From an uncultured Nitrososphaerales archaeon (GTDB lineage: Archaea; Thermoproteota; Nitrososphaeria; Nitrososphaerales; Nitrososphaeraceae): a stretch of 11,436 nt of DNA. The first letter of the stretch is position 1; every line of letters begins with the position of its first letter. Made by a program: the position numbers and the translations under genes. Below the pieces are notes generated by a model, which saw nothing but the letters and a program-made list of their open reading frames with translations, had not been told where the DNA came from and searched no databases. Shown in pieces: positions 1 through 8,020 of this stretch. Where the stretch lies: contig CAVPXM010000074.1 of assembly GCA_963709405.1 (NCBI GenBank), positions 1-11,436 of the forward strand, read 5' to 3'.

Positions 1-174
1 CCATTATATTCATAGAAACTACTAGATTTCATCAACGTATCCTCCTGCTAGTGTTTAAAGGGTATACAAAACGCTGTCAATATGGATCGACAGGATTGCG
101 ATAGGACTATTCATTGTATTTCAATCAATTCCTTCGACAGACTTATTACCTTCTAAAAGCTACATGAGTTTAAT

Positions 175-192
175 GGCTTTGTAGAAAACATC
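175..192. repeat. Probable surviving terminal inverted repeat of the IS (3' end of transposase)
   Basis: GGCTTTGTAGAAAACATC lies where the transposase reading ends (..MFSTKP) and resembles recalled GGC-starting IS5-type ends. No convincing partner was found at the other end. Confidence 0.5.
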
Positions 193-1011
193 GATTTTAT
201 GGGCTTAGCCAGTCTGTGCATATTGTAGGTTATGCATCTGAAAGACACTTCCCTTTTTTGCTCTTCAATTAATTTAGACATCAAGTGCTCTGCAAACAGC
301 CATTTTGTTACGGAACAATGGTTTCATCCTTGTTCCTTTGTTTGGATAGTACTTTACAATGTCTTCTCATCTGATTTCTGTATCTTCCATGTGTTCTCCA
401 TATCTGTATCTCATCATATCGAGCTAGAATAACACTGAACGCATATCCTTTTCTTATCAATACATGATTATCTTCATTATCCATGCCTTGCCACTCGTAA
501 CTAGAGATAATGGAACAATCTCAGAAATTCTTGTTATGATTGGTTTGAAATCCATGTTGTCGTGTCTTGTAGGAGCCCATCTTATTTTAATCGAACATAT
601 GATTTGCAGTAATAGATCAGCTCAAATAGATAATTTCGCATATTTTCTTGTCTCCTCGACTCTCTTCGATGCGTATAGTATTATGATGATGTGTAACCCT
701 AAATCCAGTCGAATCTATTCTTACAAAGATATGATTGGTACCGCTAATTACAATGAACGACGGAATAATCTTTTCAAGCAATGCATTGTAAATTGTTTCT
801 GTCACTTTTTGTAACGTTGTAAAATGTGGAATATGTGACAACCGTATAGACGACCTTAGGTAATACGTCTCGAAGAGCCAATGGACAATCAAACATCCTA
901 TAACTCACCTTCATACTGTCGGATTGCAACTAGAACTATGTGTTGCCAGATTGTAAATATGTGATTAGTTGTCATGTTAGAAAACAGAGGAATCCTAGCT
1001 TTTTTTATCTG
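175..1011 (-). mobile_element. Degenerate IS5-family insertion sequence (transposase pseudogene, 5' end eroded)
   Basis: Manual minus-strand translation across frameshifts gives QIKKARIPLF..NHIFTIWQHIVLVAIRQYEG / ..LSHIPHFTTLQK..IDSTGF / RKYAKLSI*AD..QIICSIKIRWAPTRHDNMDFKP / DNEDNHVLIR..IWRTHGRYRNQMRR..QRNKDETI / ..WLFAEHL..REVSFRCITYNMHRL. This includes IDSTG (first catalytic Asp) and a QRxxxE motif typical of IS5/IS4-type DDE enzymes. It has several frameshifts and an in-frame TGA. Confidence 0.88.
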
Positions 1012-1034
1012 TCTGGATTGGCTTTATGACATTT

Positions 1035-1308
1035 TCAGAATGTCTTAAGATCGTTCAAACTCATTATAAAATGGAATTCTACATTGACACTTATTCCTTG
1101 AAATAATGGCTCAGCCAATTCAGGTATCTGGTCAGCTGTTTTCAGATCTACGACGAAAGCCCTAACCCTCTCGCCTTTAGGCTCAAATGACTATGATGCG
1201 TATGGTTTGGCTTTATTCACATATTCTTCCAGATTCTTTAGGAAGTTCGGATCCATTACCATCGTGTTTCAGGCTTTCGCTGGTATTTGTACTAATTATA
1301 AATTACAT
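1035..1308 (-). pseudogene. DUF3303/GYD-like small protein pseudogene
   Basis: Reads M*FIIS/QIPAKA*NTMVMDPNFLKNLEEYVNKAKPYAS*SFEPKGERVRAFVVDLKTADQIPELAEPLFQGISVNVEFHFIMSLNDLKTF*. The 'DQIPxLAEPLF..VEFHxxMSxxDL' signature matches a recalled DUF3303-like family. It has three in-frame stops (one TAG at 1191-1193) and one frameshift, and is not in the ORF track. Confidence 0.7.
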
Positions 1309-1424
1309 TGATAAGCCGTTTTGAATAAGCTATAAATATTATATGAGTGTCCGTTTGTCTTTCAGTTAAAAAATTTGAAAAAGATTTAGGAATTAGATAA
1401 TGACTATGATTTTTCTAGCCTTTT

Positions 1425-1918
1425 CTAATTGTTACTATTAGTATTATCTGGGTTGTTGCTTGTATCACTGCCCGCTACCAGAACTGCCGGTGCTACTACC
1501 GCCACCGCCCTGCCGCTACCGCCGCTACCTACCGCCACCGCTGCTTACCGCCACGCTACCGCCAGCCACCGCTGGTACCGCCAGCTAGTGCTTCCTCCAT
1601 AGGTAGAGCTAAAGCAACTTCTTATCTGCGTTTTTGTCGCGGAACCACCTAAATCGGAAAGACATTTCTGGAACTTGTCATAATCACTTTTGGATGAACT
1701 ACTGCTGCTGCTTCCGCTCTGCTTCCGCTGCTGCTTCCGCTCCGCTTCCGCTGCTGCTTCCACTGCTGCTTCACTGCTGTTCCGCTGCTGCTTCCACTGC
1801 TGGTTCCTTTACTGCTACCTTTCTTTGCAACCACAGTATTTGCTAGTGTGATTGATGATACTAGGATTGCCGCTGTAACTACGATAGCAACAACTGTCAT
1901 TATTTTTGAGGTGTTCAT
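1425..1918 (-). CDS. Secreted Gly/Ser-rich low-complexity protein with a central two-Cys mini-domain (frameshifted within repeats)
   Basis: Signal-peptide-like N-terminus (MNTSKIMTVVAIVVTAAILVSSITLANTVVA), then GSSS repeats (GGA AGC AGC AGY), then SDYDKFQKCLSDLGGSATKTQIRSCFSSTY, then GGS/GGT repeats, ending SDTSNNPDNTNSNN* (TAG 1425-1427). ORFs 1649..1918 and 1545..1763 are pieces of this gene in different frames. Confidence 0.7.
1468..1590 (-). repeat. Gly/Ser-coding GGC/GGT/AGC degenerate trinucleotide tract
   Basis: GC-rich runs of ccgctacc/ccgccacc on the + strand, with scattered 1-nt indels. Confidence 0.85.
1698..1805 (-). repeat. Degenerate 12-bp GGAAGCAGCAGY (GSSS) tandem repeat
   Basis: Repeated ctgctgcttcc units on the + strand, several of them shortened. 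Confidence 0.85.
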
Positions 1919-1949
1919 TGTTTTTCTCTGTACTCTTTCTGTACTGGAC

Positions 1950-1960
1950 TATTTATATCT
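1950..1960 (-). promoter_or_regulatory. Putative archaeal TATA box for the Gly/Ser-rich gene
   Basis: Minus-strand AGATATAAATA, preceded by a purine-rich stretch, lies about 32-42 nt upstream of the ATG at 1918. Confidence 0.4.
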
Positions 1961-2952
1961 TATTTATCATTGGTAACTAACCTTCCTAGCATAAAAAATA
2001 AACACTGCTTGATATTACAACAGTAGATCTAAATCAATAATTTTACCTATTTATTTCACTGATTATATAATAGAGGTCATCAATACATATACAGAAGCAG
2101 CCATTGGGATAACAGGTAATCATTCGTTTGAAGTCGGAAGAAAACTACTATCAGATCTAGTAAAGATTAGGGTGATCCGGTCTGCACACATATGATGCAT
2201 GGCTGGACTGAAGAGCAATTATTACAAAATGCAAACAAGCACGGTATAAGTCCATGGATATACGGGGCAGACGCGGAACGAAGAAATATCTAAAAATAAA
2301 GAACAAAAGCAATTATATTCTGAGACTGATAGACTTGGACAACTTCTAAATGAATCGTTAAAGAAGAATCAATGATACATTATCTATGTACAGACGTGGT
2401 CAAGTGACTCTTGGATTAGCAGCTTACTTTCAGCCATGAGAGGACAAATCCTGGGCTTTCGATTTAAGTATGTCCCTGTTAACTCCAAAATCAATTATCG
2501 AACATACTATCTATGATGACCGCATCTGGCAATCTGATAACCATTCTCAATCCATAATACAGTGGAATAGTCGCGCATATGACGTTTAAATGTTCCTTGA
2601 AACTCTTCATAGTTGATCAAGTCTATACTTTTGATGTAAAGTCTTAGATCAGTATCAATCATTAGAAAATTTGTAGTCCTATTAATGCTACCGTGTATGC
2701 GAATCACTTTGGCTGCATAATTGAAGATAAAGTAATACCTACGTACCATAAAACGCCTGGCACACCTAACCGCATGAAAGTCCAGATTAATGAAAGTCCA
2801 ACATTCTTTTATATGCTGAAAATTACAAGAGGTAATACAAGCTTCGTGATCATTTTAATGTTAAATCATTTCGACTACGAATGCACTTCAGATTTGGACT
2901 TCGATGCATTGGGACCCACAATGCTTTTTTACACCTATTAAGAATTGTTATC

Positions 2953-3588
2953 ATGAGCCGTTCCGCAAAAGAATGGTCTAGTCCGCAGAATGCTCTGGCA
3001 TATCTAACTGTAGCCGATAATCTTCCACATCGATCGGAGGGTGAATCTGTCTTGATAGATCACCTACCTGAAAATACTAAACGAGTTTTGGATCTAGGGA
3101 CAGGAGATGGAAGATTGATCAGGCTGATAAAGGCGAATCAGCCGGACATAGAAGCAGTAGCACTAGACGTATCTCCGACAATGCTAAAATCTGCAAGAGA
3201 TCATTTTGCTAATGATTCGCGGGTTGAAATTACAGAACACGACCTCAGTCAACCTCTGCCGGATTTAGGTTACTTTGACGCTGTTGTATCAAGTTTTGCC
3301 ATCCACCATCTTAAACATGAACGTAAGCGTGAACTCTACGAAGAAATTTACGACATCATCAATCCGACAGGAGTATTTTGTAATTTGGAACATGTCGCAT
3401 CACCCTCTGTTGAATTGCATAATCGATTTCTCAACGCAATCGGATACAGTCCAGAAAAGGAAGACAGAACTAATAGGTTGTTACCAATGGAAATACAGTT
3501 AGGCTGGCTGAGAGATACGGGTTTTGTAGAAGTAGATTGTTATTGGAAGTGGCTTGAGATGGCTCTGCTAATGGGATATAAAGCATGA
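2953..3588 (+). CDS. Class I SAM-dependent methyltransferase (211 aa, CmoA/Methyltransf_25-like)
   Basis: Motif I VLDLGTGDG, post-I ALDVSPTML, motif II FDAVVSSFAIHHL and motif III INPTGVF. The likely start is ATG 2953 (MSRSAKEW), because the 24 upstream codons of ORF 2881 look non-coding. Confidence 0.92.
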   Translation: MSRSAKEWSSPQNALAYLTVADNLPHRSEGESVLIDHLPENTKRVLDLGTGDGRLIRLIKANQPDIEAVALDVSPTMLKSARDHFANDSRVEITEHDLSQPLPDLGYFDAVVSSFAIHHLKHERKRELYEEIYDIINPTGVFCNLEHVASPSVELHNRFLNAIGYSPEKEDRTNRLLPMEIQLGWLRDTGFVEVDCYWKWLEMALLMGYKA

Positions 3589-3774
3589 ACGACCAGTTTT
3601 TCGATCAAACGTGTGGATCTGAAGATAAAAGAGATTTTGTGAAATCAGAGACATAATGATACCGGTGACAAATTTGATTATTCTGCAGCAAAACAGAACA
3701 GCTAGTAACGCTCTAATACAAATTATTAGAAGGCATAGGAAAGTTTTTGCTTGTAACGAAGAAGGAAAAAACTG

Positions 3775-4254
3775 ATGGGCTTAATCAGCAAGGCAGAGAT
3801 TTGTAGTAAAGAATACAGCTAGAAATATCGCAAATATCGCAAGTTGCATTAGCAACCGTAAATATAGATATATCATATTTGAGGAATCAAGCCAAAACCA
3901 GAATCAAGAGAGGCTTTGACTAAAGGCTCCCATAAGAGTATTAGAAATGTACTGTGGACTAGATGCATTCACAATAGAACCATGGAATACAGCATAAAGT
4001 ACAGAAGACAAAAGAGAATAGATACAGGCATTATATTTGGCTAAAGGGTGTTATTCTATGAACCTAGATTACTTACAAAAACTATCGTGACTGAAAACGC
4101 TATTAAGTTTGTATCCTGTAAATCCAAACAGAATCTAAAATCGTCGGCCTATAGCAGAGAATCTGACAAAGAATAAGAGTATCTGACTATAATGATAAAA
4201 AACTAGAAAACACAACGAGGAAGCAGGAGAAATAACAACAACCAGGTTTTCTCA
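3775..4254 (+). pseudogene. Pseudogene of a Nitrososphaeraceae-type hypothetical protein with N-terminal HTH
   Basis: Reads ..EICSKEYS*/EISQISQVALATVNIDISYLRNQAKTRIKRGFD*RLP*EY*KC/GLDAFTIEPWNTA*STEDKRE*IQALYLAKGCYSMNLD/..ENAIKFVS..NNQVF. It matches a recalled multicopy thaumarchaeal family (..GYSQSEI..LQV..ATVNRDISYLR..IDERLPEEYEKCLVGL..EDKREKIQALSLAKECYSMKLDLL..). At least 5 in-frame stops plus frameshifts. Confidence 0.72.
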
Positions 4255-4291
4255 TCTCATTTAATGGCTTAGATTAAATAAGCTATGACCT

Positions 4292-4308
4292 CGTATCAAA
4301 TTTATAAT
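4292..4308 (+). promoter_or_regulatory. Putative BRE/TATA promoter of the CDGSH gene (likely leaderless)
   Basis: TTTATAAT at 4301-4308, preceded by CAAA, lies 23-30 nt upstream of ATG 4331. No Shine-Dalgarno is visible. Confidence 0.55.
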
Positions 4309-4330
4309 AGCGTGTAATTTCTATTTATCT

Positions 4331-4525
4331 ATGGCAAGATTTGTTAGAAAAGAAGATAGGGGTCCGATGGAAGTCAAAGTAGGAAATGAAAGTAGGTGGA
4401 TTTGTATGTGCGGATTAAGTAGCAACCAACCTTTCTGTGATGGTTCACACAAAAGGACAGCAGATGAAGAAGCAGGTAAAGACTATAGATACAATGCTGA
4501 TGGAACTAGGATTGAAATCAAATAA
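4331..4525 (+). CDS. CDGSH iron-sulfur domain protein (64 aa, [2Fe-2S])
   Basis: Canonical C-x-C-x2-S-x3-P-x-CDGSH motif: CMCGLSSNQPFCDGSH. Confidence 0.95.
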   Translation: MARFVRKEDRGPMEVKVGNESRWICMCGLSSNQPFCDGSHKRTADEEAGKDYRYNADGTRIEIK

Positions 4526-4691
4526 AAATAAAAATACTACAATTCTATAATATAATTTAATATTATTATTTTAATTATGATTATACTCCAGTCCACAAGA
4601 AAAAGCTTGATAGCAAAATAATCGAAGCATTGGTAAATTAATATTCTCGTTCCTATTGGTTAGTAATAAACGCATATTGTTATTTCTAAAT

Positions 4692-4877
4692 ATGGCTTAT
4701 CAAAAGAAAGTATTAGAGTAATTGTAAGCTGATTCCTTTGACGAGTTAGTTGATAGTCTCAACTTTGTATTAAAGTAGACTTTCGTAATAGAGAGAAAAA
4801 TGATCAGAAATCCCAATATCCAACTCAGAGAATTATTTGTATTGTATGATGAAGCTGAGCACCATACAACGATATAA
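4692..4877 (+). pseudogene. Possible small decayed gene
   Basis: One frame reads MAYQKKVLE*L*ADSFDELVDSLNFVLK*TFVIERKMIRNPNIQLRELFVLYDEAEHHTTI*. It looks protein-like and has three internal stops; no family recognised. Confidence 0.3.
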
Positions 4878-5700
4878 AATCTAATCTTACATCAGGAAGC
4901 TAAAACTACATTACCATTTGAAACATCGGCACAGCCGCAATTGAAACTTTAACCCCTAGACGCATACGGATTTAATGCGTAAGTAGCTGGCAGTCATAAT
5001 AACATAATCATAACCATAACTACTAGACATAGCCAACAGTAGTCATCAACTACAGAAACGAGCATGGTGATAATTAGACAGATTTGAGATCAAAACTTGG
5101 TATTACAAGCTGACAACTTTCGAGTAGTTTCTACGATCAATAAGATCTATTACTTATGCAAACCGTGTCAGTCAAGTGTACAGATTGTCAATAGGCTCCT
5201 CAAGAATGTTTAAATTTCAGCACTAGTCATAAGCTGCCAAAACTGCACGAAAGGAATCTGTTGTTGCAGTATTTTTCACCATAGTTCCATAACAAATGTA
5301 AATTGGAATATTAAATAACAAGCATGACAATACGATTGATTTGTTAGAGTGTATAACAAGTATTTCCTCAACAGCAACTAATTCACGAGATTAAACCCAA
5401 TCGAGATAGTAAACGTTATTTATAAGGCCATTAGTTTACCGAACCCTAGTCACAGATATTTTGTTGGATCTAGAAAGAAAAATTGGCAGCGAGGCTAGTA
5501 CCTTTCCTGCCTGATAGGTTGTTTTATGCCCTACTCGCTAATAGAATACATTCCAGATGCCGATAACTATGATATTTTGTTAATTGAATCGGGGTGCATG
5601 CAGGTTTGCGTAATGGAAAAGTTCCTACCTTACGTCTTATAAAGAAATATACGAAGGTCAGGATTGGTACATAACTGATGTTTAGGAGCGAATTATCCCA

Positions 5701-6072
5701 ATGAGCGATACCAAATCACCAGAGATACAAGTTAGAGAGCATCCTAACTTCAGGACGATCAATGTAAATGGCGTCTTCGGAGGACCAAGAGGGATGTATT
5801 TCGATATAGTGCTTTTTTCAGATGAGAGCAAAGTAGCTTCTGCCTTATCCTCGTTGAAGATAGCGCCAGAAAGAACAACGATTAGTCGTACACTTGAATG
5901 CAGGCTGATAATAGACCCACTGAATGCCAAAGCGATTTCACAATGGCTAATGTTAAGCATTACCGAATATGAAAAGCAATTCGGAAGAATTCCGTCACCT
6001 GAGGAATTGCTAGACAAACATGAAAATATGGATTCAGACCTCAATAAGAGTTCAAAAACGGTTTATCAGTAA
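5701..6072 (+). CDS. DUF3467-like hypothetical protein (123 aa)
   Basis: The pattern 'NFRTINVNGVFGG...FDIVLFSD...RLIIDPLNAKAISQWL..SITEYEKQFGRIP' fits the recalled DUF3467-like signature (C-terminal 'YExxFGxI'). AGGAG at 5684-5688 is SD-like. Confidence 0.7.
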   Translation: MSDTKSPEIQVREHPNFRTINVNGVFGGPRGMYFDIVLFSDESKVASALSSLKIAPERTTISRTLECRLIIDPLNAKAISQWLMLSITEYEKQFGRIPSPEELLDKHENMDSDLNKSSKTVYQ

Positions 6073-6523
6073 TTAATACTATAGGATTCCACTAAGTAAT
6101 AGAAAAACTCTTTGATAGTGTTATAACAAACAGATCATTACATAGGCAGCAAAAAACTCTAGAATCATTCAATCGGGTAAATTAACTCATGTTGAGCTGG
6201 ATTAACTTTTGAAGATATATCTTACTCATAGTATCGATAAAGTGAATTCGTCAGATCAGCGGCAATAGTTAGACCAAAGTCCAAATGCAATAGCGAAAAA
6301 TCGAAGTCAGAAAGTGCCTAGACTGCATATAATTTTATCTCGGAAAATGAGAAACGAGCAGAGGGATGGTCACCAAGTTGCGCTATTTTTTAATTGTGAT
6401 TTAGAATAAGTTGGAGAAACAGATATAAATTTGGGGCTTGAACCCAAGTACATTAATGCTTTTTATTGGAATAACCTGTCAAAGAGAATACACAGTAGAT
6501 GAGTTGATTGTTTATATGTTCAT

Positions 6524-6597
6524 CGTCAAATAACGCGTCGACCGAGTCAATATGCCGTCAAATAGCCCGTCAAATACGCCATCAGATCCGTCAAATA
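6524..6597 (+). repeat. Four copies of CGTCAAATA plus one degenerate copy
   Basis: Copies at 6524, 6556, 6568 and 6589, and a degenerate CATCAGAT at 6580. The last four are spaced by multiples of 3. Confidence 0.75.
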
Positions 6598-6949
6598 GCA
6601 TATTTGAACTCAAAAGACCGTATAGCGACATGGTATTATGATTCTCCTTTCGCGAGGTCTTCGGAAGGATCGTTTCGCAAGTCCGCGACATCAAAGCTAC
6701 TGGACCGCAAGTAAGTGAACTGTCACACCGGACTTGAAATATCATTTCTTTTTAGATGGAGTGTATGCATCGTTTAAAAATGGAAATGACAATCTTAGGG
6801 TCTGTTTAGATTTTAGTCCTAGTGAAAAACCACCTAATGAAAAACCTACCATCTGCCATCCAATAAAGCATATACCATTGGCTGATAATAGCACAATAGA
6901 TGCGGGCTATTTCGTAGCGAGTCAGCCAGCAGGAAATGAAATGAAATGA
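6552..6949 (+). pseudogene. Fragmented hypothetical protein (Pro/Ser/Asn linker plus C-terminal domain with two Cys)
   Basis: MPSNSPSNTPSDPSNSIFELKRPY.. lies in one frame. ..SYWTASK*TVTPDLKYHFFLDGVYASFKNGNDNLRVCLDF..TICHPIKHIPLADNSTIDAGYF.. lies in another (ORF 6734..6949). The join is uncertain. Confidence 0.35.
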
Positions 6950-6966
6950 AATGAAATGAAATGAAA
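6933..6966 (+). repeat. (GAAAT)6 GAAA pentanucleotide microsatellite
   Basis: Perfect tandem repeat containing the stop of ORF 6734..6949 and the start of ORF 6961..7299. Confidence 0.97.
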
Positions 6967-7299
6967 GCACGTGTAAAGGATGTACTGATTATCATACCTT
7001 TATGGCCTGACGTAGCAAAAAGGCTGCGAGAGGTTGCAGTAGTCGTACTTGTGGGATTGCTATCGACATCGCTAGTTATAATTCAAGTATATAATACAGT
7101 AACAGCGGCGACAACAGGCGGGAGGCATTGCGAGGATCAGACCAATTGTATCGTTGGTAAGCAGGTAGAACTATCAAATGAAAAATGGAAGTGTATTGAA
7201 AAAGCATTAGAAATTGGATTTAAGCATGCAAGCCCAAACCCAAATTTGACAGCAAATGTAACCGAAATAGCCATAGCACTCTGTCTTAAAACTGCATGA
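6961..7299 (+). CDS. Small secreted or membrane-anchored protein with four Cys (112 aa)
   Basis: Basic residues, then a hydrophobic segment (VAVVVLVGLLSTSLVIIQVY) and a VTA-A cleavage-like site. The mature part contains CEDQTNC..KWKC..ALCL. The true start could lie slightly downstream. Confidence 0.6.
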   Translation: MKARVKDVLIIIPLWPDVAKRLREVAVVVLVGLLSTSLVIIQVYNTVTAATTGGRHCEDQTNCIVGKQVELSNEKWKCIEKALEIGFKHASPNPNLTANVTEIAIALCLKTA

Positions 7300-7315
7300 A
7301 TGACTAACTAACTAA
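7297..7315 (+). repeat. Period-4 stop-codon repeat TGAa TGAc TAAc TAAc TAA
   Basis: Stops at 7297, 7301, 7305, 7309 and 7313 cover all three frames, starting at the ORF's own stop. Confidence 0.8.
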
Positions 7316-7440
7316 GTCTATAAACCGGCCCATTATTGCACCACTAAATCGATATCTCTTAAAGGAAACAAACTAAACACGGTTCCACTCGAAGCAAAAG
7401 ATTGAAAGAAAGCAGTTAGTTACGGCCGTAAATAAGTAAT

Positions 7441-7818
7441 ATGACTAAACTCTTAATTGCGCTCGTTTTATTGGCGCTGCTAATAATAACATGTACCATT
7501 CCAATAATAACAAATGCCAAGCATTCGAAGAATAGCGACAGCGATAACAGTAGCGGCGATAATAGCGATGACAATAAACAAACTACGACAACGAAGCAAA
7601 CACCGACCGAACAACAAACACCTGAAATAGCAACACCAACATAGTCAGCTAATACTATACCCTCGTCAGATTCAGACCAAGGCGCACCTAATACAACCAA
7701 CACAGCAGGAGATAGTATTAGCAGCCATAGCAGTAATAGCGATAGTAGCAAAACTATAGATAGAAACTTGAAGGACGACGATAAAGAAGCAGTACAAAAG
7801 GAATTTAGCAACCAGTAA
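7441..7818 (+). pseudogene. Secreted Ser/Thr/Asp-rich low-complexity protein with one in-frame TAG
   Basis: Signal peptide MTKLLIALVLLALLIITCTIPIITNA. After TAG 7642-7644 the frame stays open with the same composition (SANTIPSSDSDQGAPNTTNTAGDSISSHSSNSDSSKTIDRNLKDDDKEAVQKEFSNQ*) to TAA 7816-7818. Confidence 0.7.
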
Positions 7819-7826
7819 GTAAGTAA
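7816..7826 (+). repeat. TAAG TAAG TAA three-frame stop repeat
   Basis: Stops at 7816, 7820 and 7824. Confidence 0.7.
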
Positions 7827-7831
7827 CACGG

Positions 7832-8020
7832 ATGGTAGAAGCAATGAAAATGAAAGATAGGCATGTGGAAGTAAGATTTAGCCCACCACATGAGGTCTAT
7901 GTAAAACTAAGCAAGGTAGCCGAAGAGCATAGCATGAGTGTCGAGGACTACACGTCATTTCTATTGGCGACATTGTTAAGTGCATCTGTTGGTTCTGCTG
8001 ACTCGGTAGGTGACAGATAG
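7832..8020 (+). CDS. Putative ribbon-helix-helix (CopG/Arc-like) DNA-binding protein
   Basis: Alternating strand HVEVRF, helix PHEVYVKLSKVAEEH, turn SMS, helix VEDYTSFLLATLL, which is the usual RHH pattern. Alternative starts at 7844 and 7850. Confidence 0.55.
   Translation: MVEAMKMKDRHVEVRFSPPHEVYVKLSKVAEEHSMSVEDYTSFLLATLLSASVGSADSVGDR

Noticed and set aside
232-814. + strand ORFs 232..432 and 464..814
   Set aside because: They are antisense shadows of the transposase pseudogene, with no motifs of their own.
1071-1088. Candidate left terminal repeat of the IS (shares TGTAGAA with the right end)
   Set aside because: It lies inside the DUF3303-like coding sequence (VNVEFH), the match is short, and there is no target duplication.
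1634-1846. + strand ORF 1634..1846
   Set aside because: Antisense reading of the Gly/Ser repeat.
2090-2941. ORFs 2507..2749 (-) and 2693..2941 (+), and broken frames at 2090-2375
   Set aside because: No recognisable motifs and the two ORFs overlap each other. They may be decayed genes but cannot be supported.
3275-3502. Alternative-frame ORF inside the methyltransferase
   Set aside because: Fully nested in a well-supported gene.
3712-3730. TCTAATA-caaat-TATTAGA inverted repeat
   Set aside because: 7-bp AT-rich arms are expected by chance at this base composition.
5682-7844. Minus-strand ORFs 5682..6044, 6512..6745 and 7416..7844
   Set aside because: They are antisense to better-supported + strand genes. 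The Leu/Val richness of 7416..7844 mirrors the Ser/Thr/Asn codons opposite.
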